Part shown: positions 46,696 to 56,631 of the stretch, piece by piece
Layout of the letters: each line of letters opens with the position of its first letter
Position numbering within the stretch: position 1 is the stretch's first letter
DNA from: Planctomycetota bacterium
GTDB lineage: Bacteria; Planctomycetota; SZUA-567; H5-PLA8
NCBI GenBank assembly: GCA_045863855.1
Contig: BTVV01000018.1
Location: 1,745 to 65,744, forward strand
Length of the DNA: 64,000 nucleotides
Reading direction: 5' to 3'
Program-made: the position numbers and the translations under genes
Notes under the pieces: model-generated
Databases searched by the model: none
Told to the model about the DNA's origin: nothing
What the model saw: only the letters and a program-made list of their open reading frames with translations

Positions 46696-47135
46696 GGGCC
46701 CACCCTCATCATCAATCCGTGCATCGGCATCATCAAAGCAATGATAGCGACAAAGGAAGCCACAAACGCGGCCGCCAGCATCAGCGTAGCCAGTAAGCTG
46801 GCTCGCCAGCGCTTCTCGCTGGCCCAGCCCAATTGCAGCCAGAAGGCCGCAAAGAGGCCCCCAGTCAGCAGCGCCGGATACTCGCCCAACAAGCGCATGC
46901 ACTCGAAAAGGTGCTGCGTCGGCGCCGGATAGGTTCTCCAGCCCATCTCAAGGTACATCCGTTCGAATTTGGGAATTACCCAACTTAAAAACGTGAAGGC
47001 GATCAGCAACATCATCAACGGCGCCGCCATCTCCCAGCGCTCCTGCCCGCCCAAGCGCTCGTCAGGATCCTTCGGCCGCGCCCAGATAGGCTTGCCGAAA
47101 CCATAAACCAGGATCAGCTTCGCCCATATTCCCAT
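46692..47135 (-). CDS. small membrane protein, paralog A (possible single GspF/PilC-type domain)
   Basis: ~50% identical to 47264-47707. Shared KPKDPDE, ERW.MAAPL, LLGEYPAL.TG..FAAFW.QLGWAS.KR. Confidence 0.5.
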   Translation of the reverse strand: MGIWAKLILVYGFGKPIWARPKDPDERLGGQERWEMAAPLMMLLIAFTFLSWVIPKFERMYLEMGWRTYPAPTQHLFECMRLLGEYPALLTGGLFAAFWLQLGWASEKRWRASLLATLMLAAAFVASFVAIIALMMPMHGLMMRVGP

Positions 47136-47263
47136 CTAACCCGCAAACTCGGACCAAGTCAGCAGGCGCTCCAAAATAAAACGGGGCCGCCGAAGCGGCC
47201 CTGCAACCGAGCCTCGCGCGAGACACTCGGGCTACGCAGACAAACCGCGCGCGACCGCGTCGC

Positions 47264-47707
47264 TCACGAGCCCACGGTCTCCATCAACGGCATCAGGGCG
47301 AGCAAGAGCGCGAACGTGATGACGCCAATCGCCGCCAAAGTTAGCAAGCTCATCAAGATCGCCAGCGCGCGAGCGCGCCGGCGCTTACGGCTGGCCCAAC
47401 CCAATTGCACCCAGAAGGCCGCGAAGATACAGCCGGTAATCAGCGCCGGATATTCGCCCAATAACCACATGTACTCAAATACGCGTTGCGAAATCAGTGG
47501 AAATGCGGCCAACTCCAGTTCACGAGACAACTGGTCAACCTCGCGTACCGCCCAGCAAAAAGAAGTAAAGACGACCAGAAACAAGATCAGGGGCGCGGCC
47601 AGCGCCCATCGCTCCGAACGTCCAAGCGGCTCGTCGGGATCCTTGGGCTTCGCACCCATCGGCGGTCCCAATTCGACTGTATGCACGAGATTCGAATTCG
47701 GGTTCAT
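47264..47707 (-). CDS. small membrane protein, paralog B (possible single GspF/PilC-type domain)
   Basis: See paralog A. AFPLISQRVFEYMWLLGEYPALITG loosely resembles the fP...v...GE.sG.L core of T2SS-F domains. Confidence 0.5.
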   Translation of the reverse strand: MNPNSNLVHTVELGPPMGAKPKDPDEPLGRSERWALAAPLILFLVVFTSFCWAVREVDQLSRELELAAFPLISQRVFEYMWLLGEYPALITGCIFAAFWVQLGWASRKRRRARALAILMSLLTLAAIGVITFALLLALMPLMETVGS

Positions 47708-47808
47708 GTGTTCCTTCTATTACGCACGGGAACCCGGATCATTCGTCTCATCGAAATAAAACGGGGCCGCAGAGCGGCCCCGTGAAAGGCAAGGAACGGC
47801 CCGTGCGC

Positions 47809-48732
47809 TTACGCCAAATCGTCCTTCCCCGTGATCAGCTTGTACGCCTCCAGGTATTTCTCGCGCGTCTTGGCGACCACCTTCTCGGGCAGTTCCGGCG
47901 CGGGCGGCTCCTTGTTCCAGCCGATCGCTTCCAGGTAATCGCGCACGAACTGCTTGTCGAAGGACATCTGCGTCTTGCCCGGCGTCCACTGGTCCTTGGG
48001 CCAAAAGCGGCTGCTGTCCGGCGTCAGCACTTCGTCCACCACGATCACCTTCCCGTCCTTCAGGCCGAACTCGAACTTCGTATCGGCGATGATGATGCCG
48101 TGCGCCAGCGCGTGCTCGTAGGCCTTCTGGTACATCTCGATGGTCAGCTTCTTGAGCTGCGTCATGTACGCGCGCGCCTGCTCCAGCGGAAGCGCCATCA
48201 GTTCCACCAGCCGCGCCACGGCCAGGTCGAAGGTCACGTTCTCGTCGTGCCCGACCTTGTTCTTCGAAGCCGGCGTGTAGATCGTCTCGGGCAGCTTGTC
48301 GCCCGACTTCATCCCGCGCGGCAGCGCGATCCCGCAGACGGCTCCGCCCGCCTGGTACTCTTTCCAACCGCTGCCCATCAGGTAACCGCGCGCCACGCAC
48401 TCGACCGGGAAGACCTCGGCCTTGTGGCAGAGCATGCTCCGCCCTTGCAGCACGTCCTTGTGCTTCTCCAGGCCGTGCCCCATCTCGCTCACTTCGCACG
48501 TGATCAGGTGGTCCGGAACCACATCCTTCAGGAAGCCGAACCAGAAGCGCGAGAGTCCGTTGAGCACCTTGCCCTTGTCCGGGATCGGCGTCGGCAGCAC
48601 CGCGTCGAAGGCGCTCAGCCGGTCGGTGCTCACGATCAGCAACTGCTCGCCCAGGTCGTACACGTCGCGGACCTTGCCGCGCGCGACCAGCTTATAGCCA
48701 GGTAGATTCGTCTCGAAGACGGGTGCGCCCAT
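47809..48732 (-). CDS. purC: phosphoribosylaminoimidazole-succinocarboxamide (SAICAR) synthase
   Basis: Long-form PurC. KVRDVYDLGEQLLIVSTDRLSAFD, IPDKGKVLNGLSRFWF, IIIADTKFEFG. Start placed at MGAPVFETN (48732) rather than the ORF start 48915. Confidence 0.85.
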   Translation of the reverse strand: MGAPVFETNLPGYKLVARGKVRDVYDLGEQLLIVSTDRLSAFDAVLPTPIPDKGKVLNGLSRFWFGFLKDVVPDHLITCEVSEMGHGLEKHKDVLQGRSMLCHKAEVFPVECVARGYLMGSGWKEYQAGGAVCGIALPRGMKSGDKLPETIYTPASKNKVGHDENVTFDLAVARLVELMALPLEQARAYMTQLKKLTIEMYQKAYEHALAHGIIIADTKFEFGLKDGKVIVVDEVLTPDSSRFWPKDQWTPGKTQMSFDKQFVRDYLEAIGWNKEPPAPELPEKVVAKTREKYLEAYKLITGKDDLA

Positions 48733-49030
48733 GGATGCATTCTCCGTAGCAACAGGGAAATGGAAGCCAGCATGATCGGACATTTTTGGCGCGTGACAAG
48801 ATAAGGATGGGAAGGTGCGCGGGGTGCAGGAAAGTTTGAACGGAGGAGGGCCAGGGGCGAAGCGTAAAAAGTAAGGAGCAAGATCAGGAATGGAGCGGGT
48901 GCCCTTACGCTCCAAGCATGGCGCGGAGCTTGAGATAGGTGAACTTGCCAGTGCGATAAATGCAGAAAAGCCAACCGGATACGTGCCCGTGACGTCACTA
49001 TTTACCGTTCACTGCCATTTACCGGCCTCC

Positions 49031-50526
49031 CTACGGCTCCGGCACGGCCGGCGGCAAAATCCACGGCACCCCGGCGCCGCCGGCATACACGATCCGTTCG
49101 GAATGCTTGGCCCACCAGCGTAGCGTCTCGGCGCGCCATTTGGCCGCGCCTTCGGCTTCGCCCGGGCAGGGCGTCAGTGCCTCGCCCAGCAGTTCGTCGA
49201 GTGCGTAGCCAAGTAATTGCAGCCCGACGGGATCGGCTTTCGCGACCTCGTCGAAGAGCGCTTTGAGTCCCAAGCGGTCGCCGCCGCGCCCCAGCATCAG
49301 CGCCGCGGTGCGGCGCACCATGAAATCGTCGCTCTCGGCGCACGCCGCGACGAACGGCTTGGGCAGCTTTCCGCCGCGCGTGTTCACCGCCGTCAGCAGC
49401 ACGAACTGCACGTACGCCCCCTTGGCTTCGCCAATCACCTTGCCGGCATGCTCGAGCGCCGCGTCGAGGTCCTCGGGCTTCGCGCGCGCCACCGCCTGCA
49501 CCAGCAGCGCCGCCTCGCTCCGCGCGTGCGGGTGCTTCGTCAGCAGTTCGTCCTTCTCGTACGTCCGCGCCGCCTTGGGGTCGGTCAGGCTCAGCCGCAC
49601 CGCCTTGGTCAGGTCGTAATCCACTTCCGCCAGGCAGGCGCTCAGCTGCAGGATGCGCGTCGCGCCGCGTTCGAGCCCCAAGGCCACCGCTTTGGCGAGG
49701 CGGCCCTTTTCGGCCGGCGTGTACGCGCGCTGCCCGGCCTCGGGCTCTTCGTCCGGCGCCGCCGGAACTTCGGCGGTATTCGGCGCGGCCGCCGGCTCGG
49801 GCTTGGCCGCCAGCACTTCCAGCGCCTTCTTGCGCACTTCGGGGTACGCAGGCTTGCGGTCCCAGCGCGCGTGCGCCACCTGTTGCGCGCCTTCGCCTTC
49901 AGTCAGCACGTACGCCGGGCCTCCGCCCGCGCGCGCCTGCAGGCGCACATCCAGCGTCCGCACCACTTTTTCTTCGGCCCCGTGCGGGTTGACCATCACG
50001 AAGGTCCAGAGCTTGTCCTTCTCGCCGTGCTCGTCGAAGACTTCCCAGACGCCGACGCGGAATTCTTCGAGATACACGTGCTCGCGCGTGAAGCCCTGCG
50101 CCTCGCGCGCTTCCTTCGGTCCTTCGGGCCCGCGCAAAGCGTACATCCGCTTGATCGCCTGGATCGCTTCTTCCGCCTGATCCAACTGGTGGCAGACGGC
50201 CACGCGCTGGACCTGGACCTGCCACTCCTCCTTGCTGCCGGGAGGCACCTGCTTGAGCAGCCCGTCGAAGTAGGAAAGCGACTCCTCGGCTTCGCCGGCC
50301 CAATACGCCGAGACGCCCGCGAAGAGCCGCGCCGGCACGGCCTCGGGCTTCAACCCGATCGCGCCGCGGAACTGCTCCAGCGCAGCGGCGAACTGCCGCT
50401 TTCCGAAAAGCGCCCGCCCTTCGGCCACCTTCGCGCCGTACGCATCCGCCGCCTCGGGCTCGCCCCCGTGCGCGCATGCCGCTGCCAGCAGCACGAGTCC
50501 CCAAGCGCCTCGCCATCGAAACGTCA
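49031..50526 (-). CDS. TPR-repeat secreted protein, paralog 2, with C-terminal HEAT/ARM-like extension; GTG start overlapping the upstream TGA stop
   Basis: GTG at 50526-50524 overlaps TGA (50525-50523) of the upstream gene. Signal-like WRGAWGLVLLAAACAHG. Aligns with paralog 1 (AQGFTREHVYLEEFRVGVWEVFDEHGEKDKLWTFVMVN vs FQGFTRDYLPVGTLHLIGYEFFEPAQHGKLWYFVLED). Confidence 0.5.
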
Positions 50527-51447
50527 CTTCGCACCGTCCTTCTTCTTCGATTCCGGGCCGGGCAAAGCATCGGGCGGCGGTGGCGCCGGCCCACGTTCGG
50601 GCACGTCGAAGACTTCCACGTCCGCCGGCAGCGGCTTCACCGCCATCGGCCGGTGCTTGCCCTGCAAGATCTCCTGCACCCGCGTCCGCGCCCAATGGTA
50701 ATCGCGCTCCCCGCTCTGCAATTGCGGGATATGACCCACGTACCAGACCCGCAGCCAGCCGCGGCACGATTCGGTGATGTAAAACATGCGCCGCCCGTCG
50801 GCGTCGAAGAACGGCGCGGCCTCCACCAGAAAACCGCTCTGCGGCTTGCGATGCAGGTCCTCGAGCACGAAGTACCAAAGCTTCCCGTGCTGCGCCGGCT
50901 CGAAGAATTCGTACCCGATCAGGTGCAGCGTCCCCACGGGCAGGTAATCGCGCGTGAAGCCCTGGAAACTCTTGAGCAGCGGACTGCCTTCTTTCGCGTC
51001 GCGCAGCGCCATCAGCTTGTTGCGGTACAGTTCGATCTTCTCGCGCGTCCCCAGCCGCTCGTAGCACTGAATCAGTTTGCGCACGACGAACCAATCCTTC
51101 GGCCCGTACTTATGCAGGATCTCGAAGTGCTCGACGGCTTTCTGGTACGCTCCGCTGTCGTATGCCGCCATCGCCGCATTGAGGCGCGTGGACATCCAGT
51201 TGGGGTGGCGCGAAAGGATCGTCTCGTAGCGCACCATCGCTTCGTGGAAGCGCCCCTTGCTGTCCAGGTCGCGCGCTTCCTCGAAGATCTTGCGCATCTC
51301 GCCTTCGTCGGGGCCGGGCAATTCTTCGCAGCCGGCCAGCAGCAAAACCGCCGCCGCGCAGCAAAGGGCCTGAATGGGCCGTACGTTCATGCCTCGTCTC
51401 CGCCTGGCGTCGTTCGATAGCCGCTTCGTTATACCCAACCGCCGCAC
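50524..51447 (-). CDS. TPR-repeat lipoprotein, paralog 1
   Basis: Lipobox LLLAGCEE. TPR-like helices (GRFHEAMVRYETILSRHPNW, GAYQKAVEHFEILHKYGPKDWF). Conserved C-terminal domain shared with 49031-50526. Confidence 0.55.
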   Translation of the reverse strand: MRRLGITKRLSNDARRRRGMNVRPIQALCCAAAVLLLAGCEELPGPDEGEMRKIFEEARDLDSKGRFHEAMVRYETILSRHPNWMSTRLNAAMAAYDSGAYQKAVEHFEILHKYGPKDWFVVRKLIQCYERLGTREKIELYRNKLMALRDAKEGSPLLKSFQGFTRDYLPVGTLHLIGYEFFEPAQHGKLWYFVLEDLHRKPQSGFLVEAAPFFDADGRRMFYITESCRGWLRVWYVGHIPQLQSGERDYHWARTRVQEILQGKHRPMAVKPLPADVEVFDVPERGPAPPPPDALPGPESKKKDGAK

Positions 51448-51472
51448 GGGGGTAAAGCCGCGCCGAAAGCGC

Positions 51473-52426
51473 TCACGGCTTGCGCGCCTCCGGCAACCGC
51501 AGGACGTCCCGCGCCTCCGAGCCGACCAGCAAGTCCGCGCCGTCCCAGCAGACCGCTTCGTACTGTTTCGGCGCGAGCAACCGAAACGCCACGCGCCCCG
51601 CGAACGGCTCGGGCCGCTTGGGCGCTCCCGCGCCCGTCGCTTCCAACGCCGCGGGGAATTCGACCGTCACCACCTTAATGTAAGTCAACAGCGCCAGGCA
51701 CTTCCCGTCGGCCGAGAGACTCGCGCCCGTCGCCAGCGCCAGCAGCTTCGATTCGCCCAGGTATTCCGCGACCGCCGGAGCTTCGGGCGGCGTCTCGGGC
51801 AGCGGCACCCGGAACGCGCGCACGCGGTCGGGCTCCTTGGTGAAGACGTACGCGAAGCCCGCGCGCACCACCAGCGCCTCGGCATCCTGCGCGCCCGTCT
51901 CGGCCGGATAAGTGAAGGGAAAGGCCTGCACCGCGCCAAGCTTTTCATCCGGATTGCCCGGATCGGGTTCGGCCAGCCGGTACAGCACCGCGTCCTTGCG
52001 CTTGCGCGCGTTGTCGCCGATGTCGGCGACGATCAAGCGTCCTTGCTCGTCGCGCGCCAAGTCCTCCCAATCGCGGTTCTTGATTCCGTGCAGTTCCACC
52101 GTCCGCAGCAGCCGCCCGGTACCGTCGACGGCCCACAGCTTGGCCGGCGTGCCGCTGTCCCCGTGCGTCCAAAAAACGCCGGTCTGCTTGGCGCTGGGCG
52201 CCAGCCCCGAGGATTCGAGCACGGCTTCCGGAAGCGAAGCCTGCACCACGGGCGCTGGAAGCGTGGCCGGCGCTTCGTCGGCTAGACCAGGGAGAACCAT
52301 CAGCCCCAGACAGGCGGCGAGCAGTCCCTTTAGACCCCACATAGCGCGTCCTCGATAGCGTCCGGTCAGCTTCGCCGAGTTCACATGCCCTGCAAGACGT
52401 GCAAAGTTGCGAATTCTTCGGCTCAT
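51473..52426 (-). CDS. secreted SdiA-regulated / phytase-like β-propeller family protein
   Basis: Signal peptide. SGLAPSAKQTGVFWTHGDSGTPAKLWAVDGTGRL...DWEDLARDEQGRLIVADIGDN resembles the SdiA-regulated (PF06977) family. Confidence 0.4.
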   Translation of the reverse strand: MSRRIRNFARLAGHVNSAKLTGRYRGRAMWGLKGLLAACLGLMVLPGLADEAPATLPAPVVQASLPEAVLESSGLAPSAKQTGVFWTHGDSGTPAKLWAVDGTGRLLRTVELHGIKNRDWEDLARDEQGRLIVADIGDNARKRKDAVLYRLAEPDPGNPDEKLGAVQAFPFTYPAETGAQDAEALVVRAGFAYVFTKEPDRVRAFRVPLPETPPEAPAVAEYLGESKLLALATGASLSADGKCLALLTYIKVVTVEFPAALEATGAGAPKRPEPFAGRVAFRLLAPKQYEAVCWDGADLLVGSEARDVLRLPEARKP

Positions 52427-52497
52427 CGCCCCAAGGCCTGCACCTATGGGGTATGTTTATTTTTTAGTCTGCCTTTACGAACCGGAGAAGCGACCCC

Positions 52498-53397
52498 ATG
52501 AGCGTAACCCTCGAAAGCACATACCTCAACGAACCCGGCATGGAGTGGCTGACCGGAAACCTGCATGCACACACCACCGAGAGCGACGGTTCGCGCGCTC
52601 CGCAGGAGGTCGTCGACGATTACGCTTCGCGCGGCTACGCCTTCCTGATGATCAGCGACCACGACAAGCTTACTGACCCCGCGCCGCTGAAGTCGCATGG
52701 CATGGTGCTGATCCCCGGCAACGAGGTCTCGGCCAAGGGGCCGCACCTGCTGCACATCGGTGCACAGGCGCGTTTGAACCCGAACCCCGACCGCCAGCAG
52801 GTCCTCGACGCGATCAAGGAAGAAGGCGGCATCGCCGTTCTGAACCACCCGAACTGGCAAGAGCATTTCAACCACTGCCCGCAGGAGCGTTTAGACGGCT
52901 GGAACCATTACGCCGGCATCGAGATTTACAACGGAGTGATCCGCCGCCTTGCGGGCAGCCCGCTGGCGACCGACCGCTGGGATCGCCTGCTGGGCGCCGG
53001 GCGTGTAATGTGGGGCTTCGCGAACGACGACAGCCATCGCCCCGAAGACGTGCAGTTGGCTTGGAATGTAGTGCAAGCCGCGGCGCGCACACCGGAAGCG
53101 ATTATGGAAGCGCTGCGCAAAGGGCGCTTTTACGGTTCGACCGGAGTGGAATTGAGCGCGCTGGCGGTGCACGGGCGCACGATCCACCTCGCCGCGCCGA
53201 ACGCCGAACGGATCTGCGTCGTCGCCGACTACGGTAAGCGCATCGCGCAGATCGACCGCTGCGAATGCACCTATCACGTACCGGACGACCTGCCCTTCCG
53301 CTACGTGCGCTTGGAATGCTACGGGCGCGGCGAAGCGATGGCCTGGACGCAGCCGATTTTTATCAAAACGGAAAAGAAGGAAGACGAGAAAAAGTAA
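52498..53397 (+). CDS. PHP-domain metal-dependent phosphoesterase
   Basis: GNLHAHTTESDGS ... FLMISDHD PHP motifs. Confidence 0.75.
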   Translation: MSVTLESTYLNEPGMEWLTGNLHAHTTESDGSRAPQEVVDDYASRGYAFLMISDHDKLTDPAPLKSHGMVLIPGNEVSAKGPHLLHIGAQARLNPNPDRQQVLDAIKEEGGIAVLNHPNWQEHFNHCPQERLDGWNHYAGIEIYNGVIRRLAGSPLATDRWDRLLGAGRVMWGFANDDSHRPEDVQLAWNVVQAAARTPEAIMEALRKGRFYGSTGVELSALAVHGRTIHLAAPNAERICVVADYGKRIAQIDRCECTYHVPDDLPFRYVRLECYGRGEAMAWTQPIFIKTEKKEDEKK

Positions 53398-53406
53398 AGC
53401 TCAGGC

Positions 53407-53916
53407 TTACAGGACGCACGAAGCGACCGCCTCGTCCATCGAGCGGTGCTCGCGGCGCTGGACCTCGTACTGCTCCTTGAGCGCCGTAAGGTAAAGCCAG
53501 CGGCGCTGGGATGGCTCGGCCCTGCGGTCCACCCGCACAGCGGCCGCGATTTTCGCGCGTAACATGCCCAGCGGAACGGGCTTAGGCAAGAAGTCGTAGG
53601 CCCCCGATTCCATTGCCGCCCGGGCGATCGAATCGTCTTCGGTGGCGCTGAGGAACAGGACCGGCAGGTCTGCGGTCTTCGGATCGTCCTTTAAGAATCG
53701 GCAGGCCGATACACCGTCCAGTTGCGGCATGTGGACGTCCATCAGGACCACCCCAACATCGAAATGCGCCTTGCGAAGCACCTCCCGCCCGTCGCGCGCC
53801 AGCAGCACCGGATAGCCGTCGTCTTCCAGCATCGAACGTAAAATCTCGCGGTTGTCGTCCTCGTCGTCGACGATCAGCACCACAGGTTTCAAATCGATCA
53901 GGTCGGTGGGTCGCAT
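53407..53916 (-). CDS. response regulator receiver protein (REC + short C-terminal tail)
   Basis: VVLIVDDEDDNREILRSMLEDDGYPV...VVLMDVHMPQLDG...LSATEDDS. Start placed at MRPTDL (53916) rather than the ORF start 53961. Confidence 0.7.
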   Translation of the reverse strand: MRPTDLIDLKPVVLIVDDEDDNREILRSMLEDDGYPVLLARDGREVLRKAHFDVGVVLMDVHMPQLDGVSACRFLKDDPKTADLPVLFLSATEDDSIARAAMESGAYDFLPKPVPLGMLRAKIAAAVRVDRRAEPSQRRWLYLTALKEQYEVQRREHRSMDEAVASCVL

Positions 53917-53950
53917 AATTGAAACTCCTTGCCGCGCGCCGCGGGGCCGA

Positions 53951-54796
53951 TCAGGCCACACACTCCACAGCGTCGCTGCGCTTGATGCCGAGCAACTGGC
54001 AGGCCTGTTCGACCAACTGTTCGGGGTCGAAGGGTTTGGCCACGATACCTTTCACTTCGGGGTGACCGGCGTAGCGTTCCATGCTCAAGCCGGCGGCATA
54101 CCCGGTTACCAGAAGAATGGGCGGCAACTTTTCGCCGGCGTGCTGCTCTTCCAGGCTCTCGATGACTTGATCGGCAATATCTTCCTCTAATGCGTAATCC
54201 AGCAGCACCAGATCGAATTTCTTTTTGAGACTCAATTCGAGCGCCGCGGCGGCCGTGGCCGCACCGCGCACTTGGAATCCCGCGGACTCGAACGCCAAAG
54301 AGAGCAGATCGCGCACGTCGGGGTCGTCGTCCACCACCAAGACTTTCTTCATGTTCAGGACACACGTCTCGAGCACTTCCTGACGCGGCAGGGTTTCGAC
54401 CAAGCTTTCGGCCAGCAGATCGTCCACCTTTTTGCGCAGCACGCACAAATCGAGCGGCTTAAAGAGAATCTCCTGCACATTAACCATGCGCTGGACGGCC
54501 GCTACTTCTTCGTCGTCCTGATCCATGCCCGTGATCACCAGCACCGGAATATCCATAATGGGAATGCGCTGCTGGCCGATCGTCGCCTGACTGGCCCGGC
54601 GCAACGCCGCCGAACCCGTGCATTGCGGAAGATTCAAATCGGTAATGACGAGATCGAAGGGATGCAAACTCAGCTCATCCGTAAGCGCCTGTCCGTCCGC
54701 CACGATGGTCACGTCGTAGCGAGCACTCAAAGCCGAATGCAGGACCACTCGCAGCGATCGGTTATCGTCTGCCACCAGAATGCGTTTCCGTTCCAT
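53951..54796 (-). CDS. tandem double-receiver (REC-REC) response regulator
   Basis: ILVADDNRSLRVVL...DLVITDLNLPQCTG and KVLVVDDDPDVRDLL...DLVLLDYALE. Confidence 0.75.
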   Translation of the reverse strand: MERKRILVADDNRSLRVVLHSALSARYDVTIVADGQALTDELSLHPFDLVITDLNLPQCTGSAALRRASQATIGQQRIPIMDIPVLVITGMDQDDEEVAAVQRMVNVQEILFKPLDLCVLRKKVDDLLAESLVETLPRQEVLETCVLNMKKVLVVDDDPDVRDLLSLAFESAGFQVRGAATAAAALELSLKKKFDLVLLDYALEEDIADQVIESLEEQHAGEKLPPILLVTGYAAGLSMERYAGHPEVKGIVAKPFDPEQLVEQACQLLGIKRSDAVECVA

Positions 54797-55194
54797 GATA
54801 GTGTCTCCCTGGAAAGGCCCAGCTTCCGTGTCGGAATACCGGTAAACACATCCCAGGCCAATCCCCGGAACCGTCTAAATCTCATGGTAGTAAAGAGTTA
54901 AAATTTGATCCTTCGATCGGGTGTCCGACGCTTCGGATTGGGCGCCTGCGATAGAGATTCTTAGTTGTCCTGATTTACGGAATTCCAAGATGGGAGATGC
55001 ACCAGAGCACTTCCGACTTTCTGTCTATAAGCCGTCGCGGGTCCGCGAAATAGCTCCGACGAATCATAGGACTCGTGCTTGCTTCGTTGCTGTCCACGTT
55101 TGTATAGTGCACTTGGGTCATTTCATTATATGGCTTTGTATGGTGTTGAGGCACCCACATATAGTGGGGTGGGCCATCGGAGCGGCAAGCGGAT

Positions 55195-56631
55195 ATGGCG
55201 TCTGCCCAAGAAATAGTCGTCGTGGACGACGAGACCGATATCCTGGCGCTACAGGAAGCCACGCTGAGCGTGGCCGGCCTGCATGCCAGAACCTTTTCCA
55301 ATCCGCTTGAAGCGTGGGAGTACATTCGGCAGAACCGTCCTCGGCTGGTGATCTCCGATTGGGAGATGCCCGGTCTTTCGGGCATGGATCTGCTTTTTAA
55401 AACCCGCGGCCTTCCGGTCGCGCCGTATGTGATCATCTTGACCGGCTTCGGTTCGGTCGATCGCGCCGTGCAGGCGCTGAAGATGGGCGCGTTCAGCTTC
55501 CTTGAAAAGCCCTTCGATCCCGAGAAGTATCTGGAACTGGTTCAGTCGGCGCTCGACATGGTTCCGCCTGGCGCCGGAGATCTGCGCAAGACGCGCGCGT
55601 ACGCGACGTCTACCGCCGGCGACGATCCGAAGGAACCGATCGTACGCAGCCCTAAAATGAAGCGCGTGCTCGAAATGGTGCGCGCCGCCGCGCCGACGGA
55701 CAGCAACGTGTTGCTGCTGGGCGAATCGGGTACCGGCAAGGAAGTCGTAGCCGACTACCTGCATGCTTGCAGCGCCCGCTCACGCGGGCCGCTGGTCAAG
55801 GTCAACTGCGGGGCGCTGCCCGAACACCTGATGGAATCGGAGCTGTTCGGGCATGAGAAGGGCGCGTTCACGGGCGCCGACCGGCGCCGCGTGGGACGCT
55901 TCGAACTGGCGCACAACGGCACGCTTTTCCTCGACGAGATCGGCGACCTGCCGCTTCCGCTTCAAGTCAAATTGCTGCGCGCGCTGCAGGAGCATGTGAT
56001 CGAGCGCGTGGGATCGAGCGCTTCGGTGCCCACGGATTTCCGGCTTGTCAGCGCCACACACAAGGACCTGGCGGGCGGTGTCGGCGAAGGAACCTTCCGC
56101 GAAGATTTGTATTACCGCATCAACGTCGTTCCAATCCGTCTGCCTGCGCTGCGTGACCGCCCCGAAGACGTGGAGCCGCTGGCGCAGTACTTTTTCTCCG
56201 AACTGACGCAGAAACTACCGCGAAAGCCGCAAACCATATCGCAGGAAGCACTGGATTGCTTGCGGGCTTTCGCGTGGCCCGGGAACGTGCGCCAGTTGCG
56301 CAATGCCATCGAGTACGCGCTGGTGATGTGCCTCGGCGATTCGATCGGCGCGGAGCATCTACCTGAAGAACTGCGCACCGATCGGACGCAATGCGCGCCG
56401 GCGGCCGACGCTTCGGCCAGCCGCCAGACTGCCGTGGGGGCAAGCCCGTCCCTCCCCGTCGCCGAAGGCGGCCTGCAGGATACGCTCAAGAATGTGGAAT
56501 CCGATTTGATCCGCCAAGCGCTCGATCGCCACCAATGGAATGTGACCGAAGTGGTGCGTGAACTGAAACTCAGCCGCTCCGCTTTGTACGAACGCATGAA
56601 GCAGTACGGAATCAAGAGGCCAGACGCTTGA
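55195..56631 (+). CDS. sigma-54-dependent transcriptional activator (NtrC family; REC + AAA+ σ54 interaction + Fis HTH)
   Basis: REC (VVVDDETDILAL...LVISDWEMPGLSG). Walker A GESGTGKEV. GAFTGA motif. C-terminal HTH (RSALYERMKQYGI). Confidence 0.85.
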   Translation: MASAQEIVVVDDETDILALQEATLSVAGLHARTFSNPLEAWEYIRQNRPRLVISDWEMPGLSGMDLLFKTRGLPVAPYVIILTGFGSVDRAVQALKMGAFSFLEKPFDPEKYLELVQSALDMVPPGAGDLRKTRAYATSTAGDDPKEPIVRSPKMKRVLEMVRAAAPTDSNVLLLGESGTGKEVVADYLHACSARSRGPLVKVNCGALPEHLMESELFGHEKGAFTGADRRRVGRFELAHNGTLFLDEIGDLPLPLQVKLLRALQEHVIERVGSSASVPTDFRLVSATHKDLAGGVGEGTFREDLYYRINVVPIRLPALRDRPEDVEPLAQYFFSELTQKLPRKPQTISQEALDCLRAFAWPGNVRQLRNAIEYALVMCLGDSIGAEHLPEELRTDRTQCAPAADASASRQTAVGASPSLPVAEGGLQDTLKNVESDLIRQALDRHQWNVTEVVRELKLSRSALYERMKQYGIKRPDA

